From the NCBI GenBank assembly GCA_051294375.1, contig CM119263.1, forward strand, positions 25,214,688 to 25,278,687: a stretch of DNA of 64,000 bases. Reading direction: 5' to 3'. This document shows positions 1 through 12,753 of the stretch, one piece after another. The notes under the pieces are model-generated. The model made no database searches and was not told where the DNA came from. It saw only the letters and a program-made list of their open reading frames with translations. This DNA is from Paraspadella gotoi. Its lineage: Eukaryota; Animalia; Chaetognatha. The position numbers were made by a program, and so were the translations under genes. Every line of letters starts with the position of its first letter. Within the stretch, counting starts at the first letter, position 1.

Positions 1-378
1 AGAGAGAGAGCTGTTCTGGGTGGAGAGTGAGAGTAGAAAGAGGGGATTGCAGAGACTCGGATTGTGGGCGGTGAAGGAGACCAACACGATCGTAAGGATC
101 AGTTCTATGTATCACGTTTATACTTGAGTTCAAACCTGAGAAATTTCGATCGATCACGAATACATTTTTTTCTCCAAATTCAGGGAAGAAAAACAAAAGT
201 TAAAGTAAGAAGAATATACTTCCTTTCGTTGGTGAAAATCTATGACTCGTACGAGATTCAAAAAGGTTTTATTGAATAAGATTATCCAATCAATATTCAG
301 TTTACTATTAATAAAAACGCCTACCACAACAAAAATGTACTTGAATTAGAATAACAAGAAAGAAGGTGAGAAAAATTT

Positions 379-410
<32 letters not shown>

Positions 411-819
411 GAGAATCTTCGTCGTCGTCGTTCGTCTCGTTCGTCGCGGCGGGCGCTTTTTCCTCCTTCTTTAAATAACTTAATCGCCTTTCGGCTTCGA
501 ACGTCAAAAGACGATATTTCTTTTTCCCCGTCCTTCTTTTTTTTCCACGTCCTTTCTTTTTTTTCCCGTCCTGTCTGTCTGTCTGTCTGNNNNNNNNNNN
601 NNNNNNNNNNNNNNNNNNNNNNNNNNNNNNNNNNNNNNNNNNNNNNNNNNNNNGACGACGACGACGACGACAACGACGACGACGAAGACTTCTCAACATG
701 AAAGATGCCGTTCCGACGTTTGCGTGGGAGGATCAACGCCTCAGAAAACAAAACTAGAGAAAACAGAAGAAACTGGAAAAGAATCAATATTTTGTCGTCG
801 TTTGTACACAATCAAAAAA

Positions 820-876
820 ATTGTCAAGTTGGTTGTCAAGTTGGTTGTCAAGTTGGTTGTCAAGTTGGTTGTCAAG
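820..876 (+). repeat. 12-bp tandem repeat (TTGTCAAGTTGG)x~4.7
   Basis: Seen directly; collapsed to about 1.5 units in copy 2 at ~12352. Confidence 0.85.
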
Positions 877-1184
877 AAAAGAGAACTTCGGCGCCGGGAG
901 TGACGACGATGGAAGCAACAGGAAGTTTCGACAGAAAACGAAATGAAAATCGAAATATTGAGTGACTATAAGAACTGAAGAGAACAATTTAAAAAAGAAA
1001 AGAAAGAAAGAGAGAGAGACGACACGAGACAGAGAGTGAGTCCACCCCCAAAAAAATTTGATGACAATCGTTTAAATATTCAACCGACGTCGAGACATCT
1101 GTTTAAATATTGAACATTTTATGTGCAGCCAGGGTGGTTTTGGACTCAAATAAAGAGAAAGGGGATGAGAGAGAGAGAGAGAGA

Positions 1185-1282
<98 letters not shown>

Positions 1283-2232
1283 AGAATTTCAAATAAGAAT
1301 TTTGTTTTATTAAAGGAAAAATGTCAAAGGTTGTTCGGAGATTTGGATCCGAACTTTTGAACTTCTTCTCTTCGTCTTGGGATTTATTTTTCCGGCAGAC
1401 GTCGCTCTAACCTTCTTCTCGGGTCTTTTGATTTATTTTTTCATATCGTTATCAATTTATATAACATATTTACTTAACGTATTTTCTTCAATTTTGGTAT
1501 TGACTTTCCTCTTTGCTCGGGCTTTTCCTTTTCATACCTTTTTAGTGCTTTTTTAGAACCTTTTCCACATTTCATCGCATTTTAAGTTACAACTGAGTGT
1601 TCTTCTGAAAAATGCACTTAATCTTCTTTAATTAATTTATTAATATAACTTATATTACTATTTGTCTGAATTACTATTTCTCATGATCGTTACTCACGGA
1701 AGAAACAATAAACAAAAATAATTAACGTTGCCGCTAATCTGTGTCCCGATCCGCATTGCCTTTCAACTCAAGTCAAGATCCGCTTTGTTTACGTTTCCTT
1801 CTCTTTCCAGAAATTATGCCTTTTCAAAATAAACCATCGATAAAAAAATTTAAACCAAGCCTCGTACCCTGTCTCATTATTGACTCTCTCTTCTCTTCTC
1901 TTCTCTTCTCTTCTCTTCTCTTCTCTTCTCTTCTCTTCTCTTCTCTTCTCTTCTCTTCTCTTCTCTTCAGTGCAATGATTGAATGAAAAATGTATTATTA
2001 GCAAAGTCGAAATTATAAATTTTGTTTGCCGAATTTATTGATTTACTGAGTCACTTATTTATTGCTCTCGAAAAACTGACACGCGTGGGGAAAAAACTTA
2101 AAATTATGTCGATGATCGGCGACCAAAGCGAAAGGGAAATTGATTTTTGCTAAAAATTCAATAGATTACCCACCAGCAATTATGCTGTTCTTTTCTGTTC
2201 GTTCGTTCGTTGGCTCGTTCGTTGGCCTCTCG

Positions 2233-2511
2233 GTCGTTTAATCTTCCTTCCTTCCTTCCTTCCTTCCTTCCTTCCTTCCTTCCTTCCTTCCTTCCTTCCT
2301 TTCTTCCTTCTTCTCCTTTCATTCCTTCCTCCTCCTTCCTTCCCTTCTCTTCCCTCCTTCCTTCCTTCCTCTTCTTCTTTCCTCCTTCCTTCCTCCTTTC
2401 TTCTTTCTTTCTTTCTTTCTTTCTCTTTCTTTTCTTCTTTCTTTTCTTTCTTTCTTTCTTTCTTTCTTCTTTTCTTCCTTCCTTCCTTCCTTCCTTCCTT
2501 CCTTCCTTCCC
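2233..2511 (+). repeat. Compound (CCTT)n/(CTTT)n microsatellite, representative of the many simple repeats in this window
   Basis: Seen directly. Other long tracts: (GA)n 1167-1278, 27025-27113 and 59126-59241; (TCTTC)n 1885-1968; (CAT)n 3126-3187; (GAAA)n 56876-56969. Confidence 0.9.
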
Positions 2512-2755
2512 AGTAATATTTATATTCACAAAAACAAAAAGATAAAAAGTAAAGAAGAGTCACGAGAGATGATTATCCCGTCAACGATTTCCCAGGGGGA
2601 ATTCCGTTCGCTAATATGACAAAAGGAATTTATTATCCTCAAATATTTTATGTCGTTAAATTATACCCTAAATCACGAGCTCGTGACATTCAGTGCTTCG
2701 GGGACTCGAATACTTAAAAAAAAAAAAAGATCGGAATTCCTGGCCGATGTTGTGG

Positions 2756-2789
<34 letters not shown>

Positions 2790-3130
2790 GTGGCTTGCTT
2801 CAGTCGGTCGTCGTCTTCGTCGTTGTCGTTGGCGTCAACGCCGTGGACTTCCCTTCTCTGTCCGATTTCTCTGACTCTTTCGTCGGTGTTGCCGTCGTTG
2901 GCTTTATCGTCGTTGTCGTCGTCGTCGTCGTCATCCCAGGGTATTTCGTTCAGAGTCGTCGTTGTCGTCGTTGTCGTCGTTCTCGAGGTCTTCCGACTGC
3001 GCAACTCATATTTTCATGTCGTTTTTCATCGATTTTCGTGACGTCCATTCGTTGTTGCTTTTGCCTGAAGTTGAGGTCGTCATCATTATCCTCATCATCA
3101 TAAATCATCAACATCAAGGATAACATCATT

Positions 3131-3187
<57 letters not shown>

Positions 3188-4229
3188 GTCGTCGTCGTCG
3201 TCGTCCTCGTCTTCGTTGAAGTCATATTATCATATTCATTATTAGCATTTATTGTTGTCGTATTCATAATCTTCCATAATCTTGGATCTCCTTAGCTTTT
3301 TACACTTTATCTGAGTGCGAACCATCCCCGTAAAAAGTAGCCTCAGTTCCCCACATGTCGGAAGTTAATTTATTTACAAGAACCTCAACTTTAAATGTTT
3401 ACAAGAATCGAACTTTCGCCTGATTAATTCCTCGTTGCCTTATGTTCTTCAACCGTTCAACAAAACCGCTTATGTATTCCATTTCCCTAAGATTTCCACG
3501 CTTCTTTTTTCTTTCTTTTTCTCTTTCTTTTTTTTTATTTTTTTGCGGCCATAAATTCGTGGCTTCCATTTAGATCGGATTTTTTTTCCTCTCCACTTTT
3601 TTTTTACGAGTCATAATCGTCGCCGCAAAACCTTCGAACGTCATCGAGTCTCCTACGTCCCCTGCCCCCCCCCACCCTCGCACCTACCCCTTTCCACAAT
3701 CTCCCCTCGGCCCCGCCCTTTCCCCCTTCTCCTAGTTTCCCACAACCTTTTCCTCAATGACTTCCTCCATCTTCCATCCCGGCCCTGGACCCACCCGTCA
3801 TTCAAATGCCACAGTTTCCGTCTTTCTATATTAAAGGATTTCCTCGGCACCTCACTTTTCCCCACTTCTCTCTCTCTCTCCTCTCTCCACTCCAACACTC
3901 CGCTCCCGAGACATTGATGATTCCATCGTCTGTCTCCCCTCCCCCGCTCCCCCCACCGACGCCAAACACCTCGCGACTATTCGCACATAAGTAGTGCAAT
4001 TCCATCGATGAGGTCATAACCGTTGGCGCCGAAACTTAAGTCCCTCTCTCTCTTCTCTCTCCTCTCTCCGTTCTTACCCCCTCTTTCTCTCTCTCTCTCG
4101 CACATCATAAACTCCGAATCTTATTATATCGAGACGAACAGGGAAGAGAGAGAAAAAGGGAAGAGACGAGCGAGAAAACCCTTAGCAACGATTTCGGCGG
4201 CGATTGCCGGCGTTCGGAGTCCGGCGTTT

Positions 4230-4340
4230 CGAGGTTCCGGCCAATCGCGTCGCATCGCAACAGCGCCACCGATGAGTCATCCTCCCACGACGGCTCGTGA
4301 TTGGCCGGCACGGATAAAACCGACCGGCCAATCGGAGAAC
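4230..4340. promoter_or_regulatory. CpG-rich cluster of CCAAT boxes around an AP-1 site upstream of the DUSP
   Basis: GGCCAAT ~4239, TGAGTCA 4273-4279, GATTGGCC ~4299, GGCCAATC ~4326. Function is inferred. Confidence 0.4.
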
Positions 4341-4712
4341 GAATCGAAGCGGAATGCGAAGTTTTTCGCATTGCTTTTTTTTCCTCAACTCCCCAAATCC
4401 CTCGCTCGACTTTTTTTTGAATAGTACGAATCGCCGGATCGCCCGTTGCCCCCATCTCTCTCTCCATCCCTCCTTCGAACATATGTGATCGATTTAACGA
4501 TCAGATGAGGATCGAAAAAACGCGAGAGTGAAAACGCCTAACCTTATCTGGTCATGAATGAACGAAGTTTTAATTTTTCGAGTTATGAAGGAGGAGGAGG
4601 AGGAGGAGGAGGAGGAGGAGGAGGCGAGGTGGGGATCTGTGGTTGGGGGCGGACGTTCGATCGTGAAGTTGAATCACGAAGGTGTTTACTAGGAGATCGA
4701 AATGGCCGAAGG

Positions 4713-4786
<74 letters not shown>

Positions 4787-5514
4787 ACGCGAAAGGACGA
4801 GTTATCTTAGTAAAAAAAAAACTCAAAACACAAAAATCTCTTAACGCGGTCTAAATTTCGTTTATTTTCTTATTTCGTTAAAATGTTTTTTTGAAGGAGC
4901 TAACATGTAGCGAGCAAACCCCGCAAACCAAATGCGAACATTAGACACCTTTTAAGAATGTCGATATATTGACTCAAATGCAAAACTAAAAATTTTCCGA
5001 CTTCTGAACATTAAGCTAACCTCTGAGTAATGAAAGCCACGAAGGAGCTAAATTGTTTCCTATCAACGTGGCAAAGCGCACTCCCAGGAGAATATTTGCT
5101 TTCCCAGAAAGTTTAGTCTGTGTCAAATCGGCGAAGTTGTTTACTCTTATATCCTATGCAATGTTTATGATTGAAGGCGAGGAATTATCTTAATTCCGAT
5201 TAGTTTTAAAACAATAAATGGCCGATAATGCTTATTTATCGGTAGATTTGATTTGAGCGAAGAGGGGACAATGGGACATGAGACGCATCAGCGCGAACTT
5301 TTTTTTTTGGATCAGAAATCGTGGCCAGCCGAGTACATCAATAAATTTTTATTACTCTAACCAAATTTGTGGCGTACAAAGAGACGCCTTTGATCGGGTT
5401 CCACGTTAACATCCTTCTATCCACCGGGCGAGCATCGAGCAACGCCGCCGCCACTCTCTGCCGCCGCCGCCGCTGCCGACGCTGCCACGCACAATACTCT
5501 GGTTTTTGCGCTAC

Positions 5515-5730
5515 GACGGGTGACGTCATGGTTCCCAGCATCAGCGATGCTGCAGTCTCCGCGGTGGACACTTCTCCGCAGCGTCCGGAGTTCAGCAGCC
5601 TCTTCAAATCGAACTGATGTCTAACCCGATTGGTCGATAAACCTCGCTGATTGGCTGGAGAAACCAAAGCAGCAGCGGGAGACGCAGGGCGGCGGCGACG
5701 AGCCTGACTCATTGATCGAAGTGACGTTTT
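5515..5730. promoter_or_regulatory. Candidate DUSP proximal promoter: CRE, two inverted CCAAT boxes and an AP-1 site
   Basis: TGACGTCA 5521-5528, ATTGG ~5629 and ~5650, TGACTCA 5705-5711, ~1 kb upstream of the ATG in a CpG-rich patch. Confidence 0.45.
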
Positions 5731-6755
5731 TTTTTTCGTAAGAAGAGAGAGAGAGATCTTTCCACGGCAATTCGTTCTCTACCGATTTCGAGGAAAGCGT
5801 GCGACGGACTGAGCACAATTTCTAGAACTTTTTTTTCGGAATTACCAACCAGAAAAAAAAGTAAACACAATTAAACAAAACCGAAAACCAAGAAATCAAG
5901 CTTCTTGGCTTTCTCCTCTTTCCATCGTCCCCAAAACAGACAATCATAAACTTCTGTTTCCACAACAAAAAAAACAACTTTAAAAACAAACTTAAAAAAC
6001 AAAATCGTGGCTGTAAATTTCTCCGATTTGTGAACTATCCTCTTTCTCTCTCTCACTTTCACCATCGTCCGGGCCGCTAGCCATTCGATCTTAACCAACA
6101 CTTCAAAAACACATTCGCTCTCTCTTCCTCTTCAAAAAAGCTGCACTCTTTCTCGCTCTATCGACGCTAAAAAAAAAATATTTCTAAACTCGTTAACGCG
6201 TATCAAAGTTCGAGAAAAAATCTATTAAAAAGAAAGAGAGAGAAGAAGAAAAAAGAAAGATATCAAGACGGTTCATCGAAAAACTGAAACTCAATCCGAT
6301 CGCGCTAAACCGCGAATCGCATTTTAATTTTTTTTTTATTATTCTTATCAAAATCGAAAGAGTTGGAAAATCTTCTTCCGATTTTTGTCTCGAATCTTCG
6401 ACTCGAGAATCCTCCTTCTATTCCTCTCGACGGAACTTTTTTTTTTATTCGCCTCTCGAGTCAAAATTGAATTACCGAATCGAGAGAGAGAGAGAGAGTC
6501 GGAGAAAAACTGTACGAAAGTCAAAAACCTTTTTTCGGAAAAACTCCAACTGAGAACTAATTTATTAAAACGAGTAAATCAATTTAAGAAAGGAAAAAAA
6601 AAATCGAGGGAAAACGACATTAAAAACAATGAGCGTTTAATTCGGGATTACGAGAAAAATTAACACGACGTTTTCTCGGGAATTTTTCTCAGGGTCACGA
6701 AAAACCAAAAAAAAAACAAACAAACCAGAAGACGAAAAAGAATAATTAGAAAAAA

Positions 6756-8240
6756 ATGGCGGCAGTGGAACTCCCCCTCAGCCTCAGCACCGCCAACAGC
6801 CTTTACCGACAATCCAGCGCAGATCCTTTGTACCGGCAAACTGCGACCGACAGCCTTTACCGACAGTCGTCTGAGCACCTCGGCCTCGACTCGCTCAAAG
6901 GATCCAAACCGTCATTTTGCGCTCTGGCGGCGACCGTGGTTCAAGCCCAGGCTGGCCTGGGCCAAGCCACCACGACGACGACGAATTCTACCGCGTTGAC
7001 GACGACGACGACGACGACGGGATTGTCTCTGTCTCGCGATGCTTTGACTCTATCTCGCGAGTGCCCGCCGCCGATGGACTTGACCCCGGATTCTCCTCCG
7101 GGTTTCGACACGACGATGGAGTACGCCACCGCCGACGCCATCGCGATGCCGCCAACTCTGTTCCACCCGCAAACGGCGTGGGCGGTAGCGACGTCGCCGG
7201 CGACGTCAAAGCCGCCAAAAGCGGCGCCGCGAAAAATCAGAAACCCGAAACTGAAACTGAAAATCACGCCGCTTCGTCAGCTCTCGCTGGCGCAGCAGTG
7301 GGATGACGTGGCAGCGGCGACAACGCCGACCACGCCTCTCGGCCCGATCTGCGAATCCCCCACACCCTCGTCCCTCGGCCCCTTCCACGCCCACCAACAC
7401 CGACACAACTCTCACGTCAACAACAACAATGTCAACGCGTCGACGAACTGCGGCCGTTCCCGCGTAAGTGCCTTGTTCCACGCTTCTCGCGCCGCCACGC
7501 CGCCCAAAAGCGCGCCGCCGACCGTGGCGTCGACGCCAATCGACTTTGGAGCGCCGTGGTTCGAGAAGCGGGCGACCGCCATCGAGACCCAGACGGCCTC
7601 GCGCGTCCTCCCGGGCGTCTTTTTGGGCAGCGAAAACGACGCCGCGGATTTGGAATACCTCAAGAGCGCCAACATCACTCACGTCCTCAACGTGTCAACT
7701 CACATTCCATGCTTCCACGAGGAGGCGTCGACGAGTCGGGACGGCGACGGCGCCGCCTTCGACGCCATCCTCAACGAAGAGATCAACAAAAGGGAATCGG
7801 CTTTGACGGCGACGACCACCCCAACTCCCGCCCCCTGGAGACTCAAGTACAAGAGACTCGCCGCCTCCGACAACGCTTCTCAGAACCTGGCCCAGTATTT
7901 CCTGGAGGCGTTCTGCTTCATCGACGAGGCGCTGCGCCTGGGCACTGGCGTGCTCATTCACTGCCAGGCCGGCATCTCCCGTTCCTCCACGATCCTCATC
8001 GCCTTCATCATGTCCCGCTCCTCTCTCTCCATGTTCCAGGCATACCGCTTCGTCAAGGAGAAGCGAGCCATCATCTCTCCCAATCTAAACTTTATGGGAC
8101 AGCTCCTCGAGTTCGAGCAGAAGCTGTCGAGGGGCGAGATCGAACGGCGACCGGCGCGGGAGGCGTTGGGAGCCGAGTTGGCCGAGTTCGTTGCCAAGGA
8201 GACGGAGGTGGACGAAGAGGACCGCTGCGAGTCGATGTAA
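6756..8240 (+). CDS. DUSP10: Dual-specificity MAP kinase phosphatase, DUSP10/MKP5/puckered-like, single exon, 494 aa
   Basis: Catalytic motif VLIHCQAGISRSSTILIAFIM, general-acid loop YKRLAASDNASQNLAQYFLEAFCFIDEA, and FVKEKRAIISPNLNFMGQLLEFE, all typical of DUSP10/puckered. GC-rich codon usage against AT-rich flanks. In-frame TAG at 6747-6749 just before the ATG. No rhodanese domain recognisable in the S/T/P-rich N-terminus. Confidence 0.9.
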   Translation: MAAVELPLSLSTANSLYRQSSADPLYRQTATDSLYRQSSEHLGLDSLKGSKPSFCALAATVVQAQAGLGQATTTTTNSTALTTTTTTTGLSLSRDALTLSRECPPPMDLTPDSPPGFDTTMEYATADAIAMPPTLFHPQTAWAVATSPATSKPPKAAPRKIRNPKLKLKITPLRQLSLAQQWDDVAAATTPTTPLGPICESPTPSSLGPFHAHQHRHNSHVNNNNVNASTNCGRSRVSALFHASRAATPPKSAPPTVASTPIDFGAPWFEKRATAIETQTASRVLPGVFLGSENDAADLEYLKSANITHVLNVSTHIPCFHEEASTSRDGDGAAFDAILNEEINKRESALTATTTPTPAPWRLKYKRLAASDNASQNLAQYFLEAFCFIDEALRLGTGVLIHCQAGISRSSTILIAFIMSRSSLSMFQAYRFVKEKRAIISPNLNFMGQLLEFEQKLSRGEIERRPAREALGAELAEFVAKETEVDEEDRCESM

Positions 8241-10714
8241 AAGGAGAACGACGGAGAGCGAGACAAGAAAACCAAGGATTAGTAAATCTTTGTGACGTCG
8301 CGCGGTGGAGCATTGGCGTTGACCGAACTCGCATCAAATCAAACGGACTAACGGAGCTAAAAACACGAAACGATGAGACGGTGTTTGACGGCCGATGTCG
8401 TGTTCAACGAACATATGTTGGATTGATTCTTTCCGTGTATCGAGAAGATGAGAGAAGAAGAAATAAAAAAAGTAGACTTTGAAAATCTAAAAATAGAAAC
8501 GATGACATCGCCTGACATTGATATCAATTAACCCGCTGTAGTTTTTTTTTTTTTTCTTCTTTATTCTGTACGGTTTTTTCTTTGGAAACATATTATAGAT
8601 TACGGTATTGTTAATTTTATCTCATTCACGAATTAACTATCTTAATACTTAGTCTCCAGATTATTTATAATGATCATCCCCCCTCGTTTCCCCATTTCAC
8701 AGTGAGACTGTATTTCATTGAATTACGGAAATAATGTTGAGATATTGAATACATGAATTGATCTTAACTATGATTTAATCTTTTCATCGTTTAAATCCAC
8801 GTCTAAGTTGCGTTTACCGATTGTTCTGTATTCTGTTATCCAATGTGTTAATGGCTCTCAGAGTTCGCCAGTTAGAAACGTTCATTAATAAAAAAAAAGA
8901 ATTTTAAGAATGTAAAAACACTTGGCAGGCTTTTAAAATACAATCGAATAGCCATTTTTCAGTCTGCCATTGAAAATAACTAAAATTCGCCCTCGGGCTG
9001 AAAGTCGTTGAAAACTTTGTCGTTTCCCATTCATAACGGACTCGGTTTTTCAAGCCACACCTTGGTCGGACAAGCTCGTTACTTTGTTCAAGTAAAAAAA
9101 AAAAAGGGGTAAACCATCTTTTCATAGTTTTAGGTGTGACTCACTGCTTACAGCGGAGAAGGCAAAGAAAAAGGGGAAGAAAAAAAATAACAGGGAAAGA
9201 AAAGTAACCTTGTCGTCGCCCTAGCTTAATTGGGTAAAAAAGGAACAAACTAAATAGTTAGTCACCCTCTTTAGCAGAAAAAAAAAATACGTAGGAAAGC
9301 TTTTCCTCCTTTACGGTCTAGATTTTGACGTCTGACTGCCTTCTTTCTGTCTCTTTCACGCATAAAGGACACAAGAAGAAAAAACCTTAAAACCTCCCCT
9401 CGCGCCCTCTTTATTGTTACGGTTATCGTCGTTGTAAAAACTTCCCCAATTTTGTGCCCCACGTTTCGTCAAGAAGACGAATGATACGAAGAGGAAAGAC
9501 GAATGAACGATTAAAATCATGTTCAGGTCACAAATTCCCGTTCGAAAATTTTGAAGAGGATTTAAAATTAAATGTACCCGTTTCGCGTCTGTGTGTGTCT
9601 CTCAACCAGTAACCACTCGAAAACCGCAAACGAAGCGGCTATTCTTAGCAGCATTTGAGGAAAAACTAGAAACTTGAATGAGTCACCGTAACGAAAATAT
9701 CCAAGGAAGTTCTGCTTTTCTTGCCCGACCATTTTTCCGCCTGCCCGCGCGTGGTTAACGCTGCCTGCTGTTGTTTTCCTTAATATTCAAAAACGGGCCT
9801 AACCACTTTGTCGTCGCTGTTTTGAGAGCCGCGCGTTTGAATCCTGCAGTCGTTCTGGTTTTTGGGTTGAGAGATCGGAATGACTCAGAACCGGCGAAGG
9901 TAGGGAGTCTCCTAGGATTCCTAATTACGACGACGCTGAGGCTTTAAAAGATCATTAGTGACTGGATCGGAAAAATTAAATTATGTCAGTGAATTTAAAA
10001 TGAATGCCCTCAGATTTTTAAAACGATTTAACTTTCGATGTCTCGTTTGCATTTCCATTTATTAAAACTTTAAGAAATACCATTTAAATACAATTTGAAT
10101 TAATTTTGCCTCTTCCTACTTTGTCAAATGTAAAAATGACTCTTCGACTTGGCAAATAAAGCTAGCGACAACGGGACGCCTTCTTTCTCAAATAAAAAGT
10201 ATTTAGTGAGAAAAAGTCTTTCCGCCACGAGGTAAGTTTTCATGACTCGCCCTTCGTCCCCGCCTCGACTCTTATCCGCCTCCGCCCGCGGCGACTGGTG
10301 AGTTATCTTTCTTCGTCGAGGGCGCGGACTGCTGCTGGACTGGCAGCCAATCGGGGATCGCTCCACCCTAAAATATCTGGCCATTGAGAATCGTACGGTC
10401 GAACCCCGAATTGTTTTGGCTTCGGGATTAGTTGTTCGTTTTTTTCCCCTTTTTTTCTACTTCTATCGCTGTTTTCTGTCATTAATGATACTGTATGTAT
10501 GGTATGTATGTGTATATGTATGTAAATGGTTTACTCAAAATTTATTAAGAAATTGAGATTAATTCAATTACATTTGCATATTGCAGATTTTGAATAAAAA
10601 GTCAATTTAAAAAGTCATTAGGGAGTCACTCATTTACAACCATCTAAACTTTAAAGCTAAGGATTAAAATCCACGGCTCTCCAAATAAGTTTTTTTTATT
10701 GTATCTTACATTTA

Positions 10715-10862
10715 GGGAGGAAAACAATTTATTTGTTTTGCTTCAACGAATTTTTTCGACTCTACATTTAGAGTCTTCATGTCTAAATGTAGAGTCGAAA
10801 CATGTCCGAAACAAATGTCCTAAAAATTCGTTGAAGCAAAACAAATAAATTGTTTTTCTCCC
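10715..10862. mobile_element. 148-bp palindromic MITE, PIF/Harbinger (Tourist)-like
   Basis: Ends GGGAG...CTCCC with ~40-bp near-perfect inverted arms (gggaggaaaacaatttatttgttttgcttcaacgaatttt / aaaattcgttgaagcaaaacaaataaattgtttttctccc). Internal hairpin tttcgactctacatttaga/tctaaatgtagagtcgaaa. TTA on both sides (10712-10714, 10863-10865). Confidence 0.65.
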
Positions 10863-11365
10863 TTAATTCGAAACACAACGAAATCGAAAGTCTATACACA
10901 ATGTTTCTTGCATTTACAGTTACAATTTTTTTAGAATTTACGTTACAATATGTTGTCGTGTTAAATCCAGCTTGTTGATTTAATAAAAACAAAGTTTATC
11001 TAAAGAGTCGCGAGCACAGCCGCGACCAATGCTCTGTCTATTAATGATGAGTCTCTTCTTCGACTTTGAACGAAGATCCGGAACCTTCTTTCTCCAGGGA
11101 GTGCTGTTTTTGGCAAGACGTCAAAACCACAAGCGCAGTCATCGAGTTTGATGTCGAGAAAGAATTTACTCGAACTCTCAACGCAATGGATACCGCTCCT
11201 TCGTCCGCGTGTTTGCACCTCACCCGTCAATGTAACGTCACCCAAATTCTCCAACCTCAGCCATCTCTCCCAAACGCCACCCCCCCCTCACGAATGACTC
11301 TTACGACTTTGCCTTTTCTCCGCCAAAAAACAAACGACTCCATTTAAAGTCGCGAATGAGTCTCG

Positions 11366-11442
<77 letters not shown>

Positions 11443-12342
11443 TCTTCTCTCTCCCTCGCCGCCGTTTTTAGCGAGCGCGCGCATTTTCGAAAATTCCATT
11501 GTCGGCCAATCGTCGATCGAACCGGCGGGAACGTCGGCAAGGGGCGTCGACTCATGCCGGCCGCGACGCGCCGGCCCGCGCGATCGACGGCGCGTGTTGA
11601 CCGTAACTTCATTAGTAGATTGCCAACGACGACGACGACAATTGGAGCGACGATGATTATGACTCATTGATGGTTTTGACTCATGTTCTCGCAGTTGGAA
11701 AATTATAGGGGGAGTTGGAAGGGGCGGGTAGGGGGGGGAGAAGTCGAAGAGCGGAAGCGACGCCGATCGAAACCTTTGCCCAGCTTTTAAACTCATTTCG
11801 AATCCTCGCGCCGTGGATTCGAATGGCCCTTGTCTTCCTTCCGATACTCTTAATCCACCTTCGTTAATCTTATCTTCTGCCATCCTCCAGCTCGCCAGAA
11901 CATCTACCACATCTCCACCCCGCTATCACTCCTCGCTGCGAACCTGTGAGATCGAAACAACACCTCCTCTCTGGACTTCAGTCGGTTACATCCTCGTTAC
12001 TACGCTCGCTTCCGCTCCCAACTACCCTCCACCCCACAAAGCACGCGCGATGACGTCACGCCATCCCGCGTCAATGACTAAATCTCCCGCGTGACCATCG
12101 GCATCGGATTGAAGGGGGGGGGCTGTAGGAGGAGGAAGAGGAGGAGGAGGAAGAAGATGAGGAAGATAGAAATCAAAGGGGGAAGAGAAGACGAAAACTT
12201 GGGTCGAAGGTGAAATATTCATTCCCACGCGATTAGCGCCGGAAGAGGGAGGATGACGTCATTTCGCGCCACGTGGAAAATAGGAGGCGGAAAAGTTTAA
12301 ATTGTTTTCTTTTTTTTNNNNNNNNNNNNNNNNNNNNNNNNN

Positions 12343-12688
12343 TCAAAAAAAATTGTCAGTTGGTTGTCAAGAAAAGAGAAACTTCGGTGCGGAGTGACGA
12401 CGATGAAGCAACAGGAAGTTTCGACAGAAAACAAATGAAAATCGAAATATTGAGTGACTATAAGAACTGAAGGAACAATTTAAAAAAGAAAGAAAGAAAG
12501 AAAGAAGAGAGACGACACGAGACAGAGAGTGAGTCCACCCCCAAAAAATTGATGACAATCGTTTAAATATTCAACCGACGTCGAGACATCTGTTTAAATA
12601 TTGAACATTTTATGTGCACTTGTGCAGCCAGGGTGGTTTGGCCTCAAAAAGAGAAAGGGGATGTGAAGAGAGAGAGAGAGGGAGAGAA

Positions 12689-12753
<65 letters not shown>

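Larger units (their letters stand above)
812..12317 (+). repeat. Tandem segmental duplication, copy 1 (~11.5 kb, contains the intact DUSP)
   Basis: Sequence from tcaaaaaaattgtcaagttgg (812) to ggaggcggaaaagtttaaattgttttcttt (~12317) recurs colinearly after the N gap. Confidence 0.93.

Noticed and set aside
820-876. Short repeat array as CRISPR-like
   Set aside because: No spacers; a simple 12-bp tandem repeat in a eukaryotic context.
2158-3267. ORFs rich in ER, SL, KEGR, poly-V/D/M (also many at 50-63 kb)
   Set aside because: Translations of microsatellites that lack stop codons.
7556-8482. 308-aa alternative-frame ORF and several antisense ORFs overlapping the DUSP
   Set aside because: Arg/Gly-rich shadow ORFs expected from the high GC3 of the real CDS; no domain signal.
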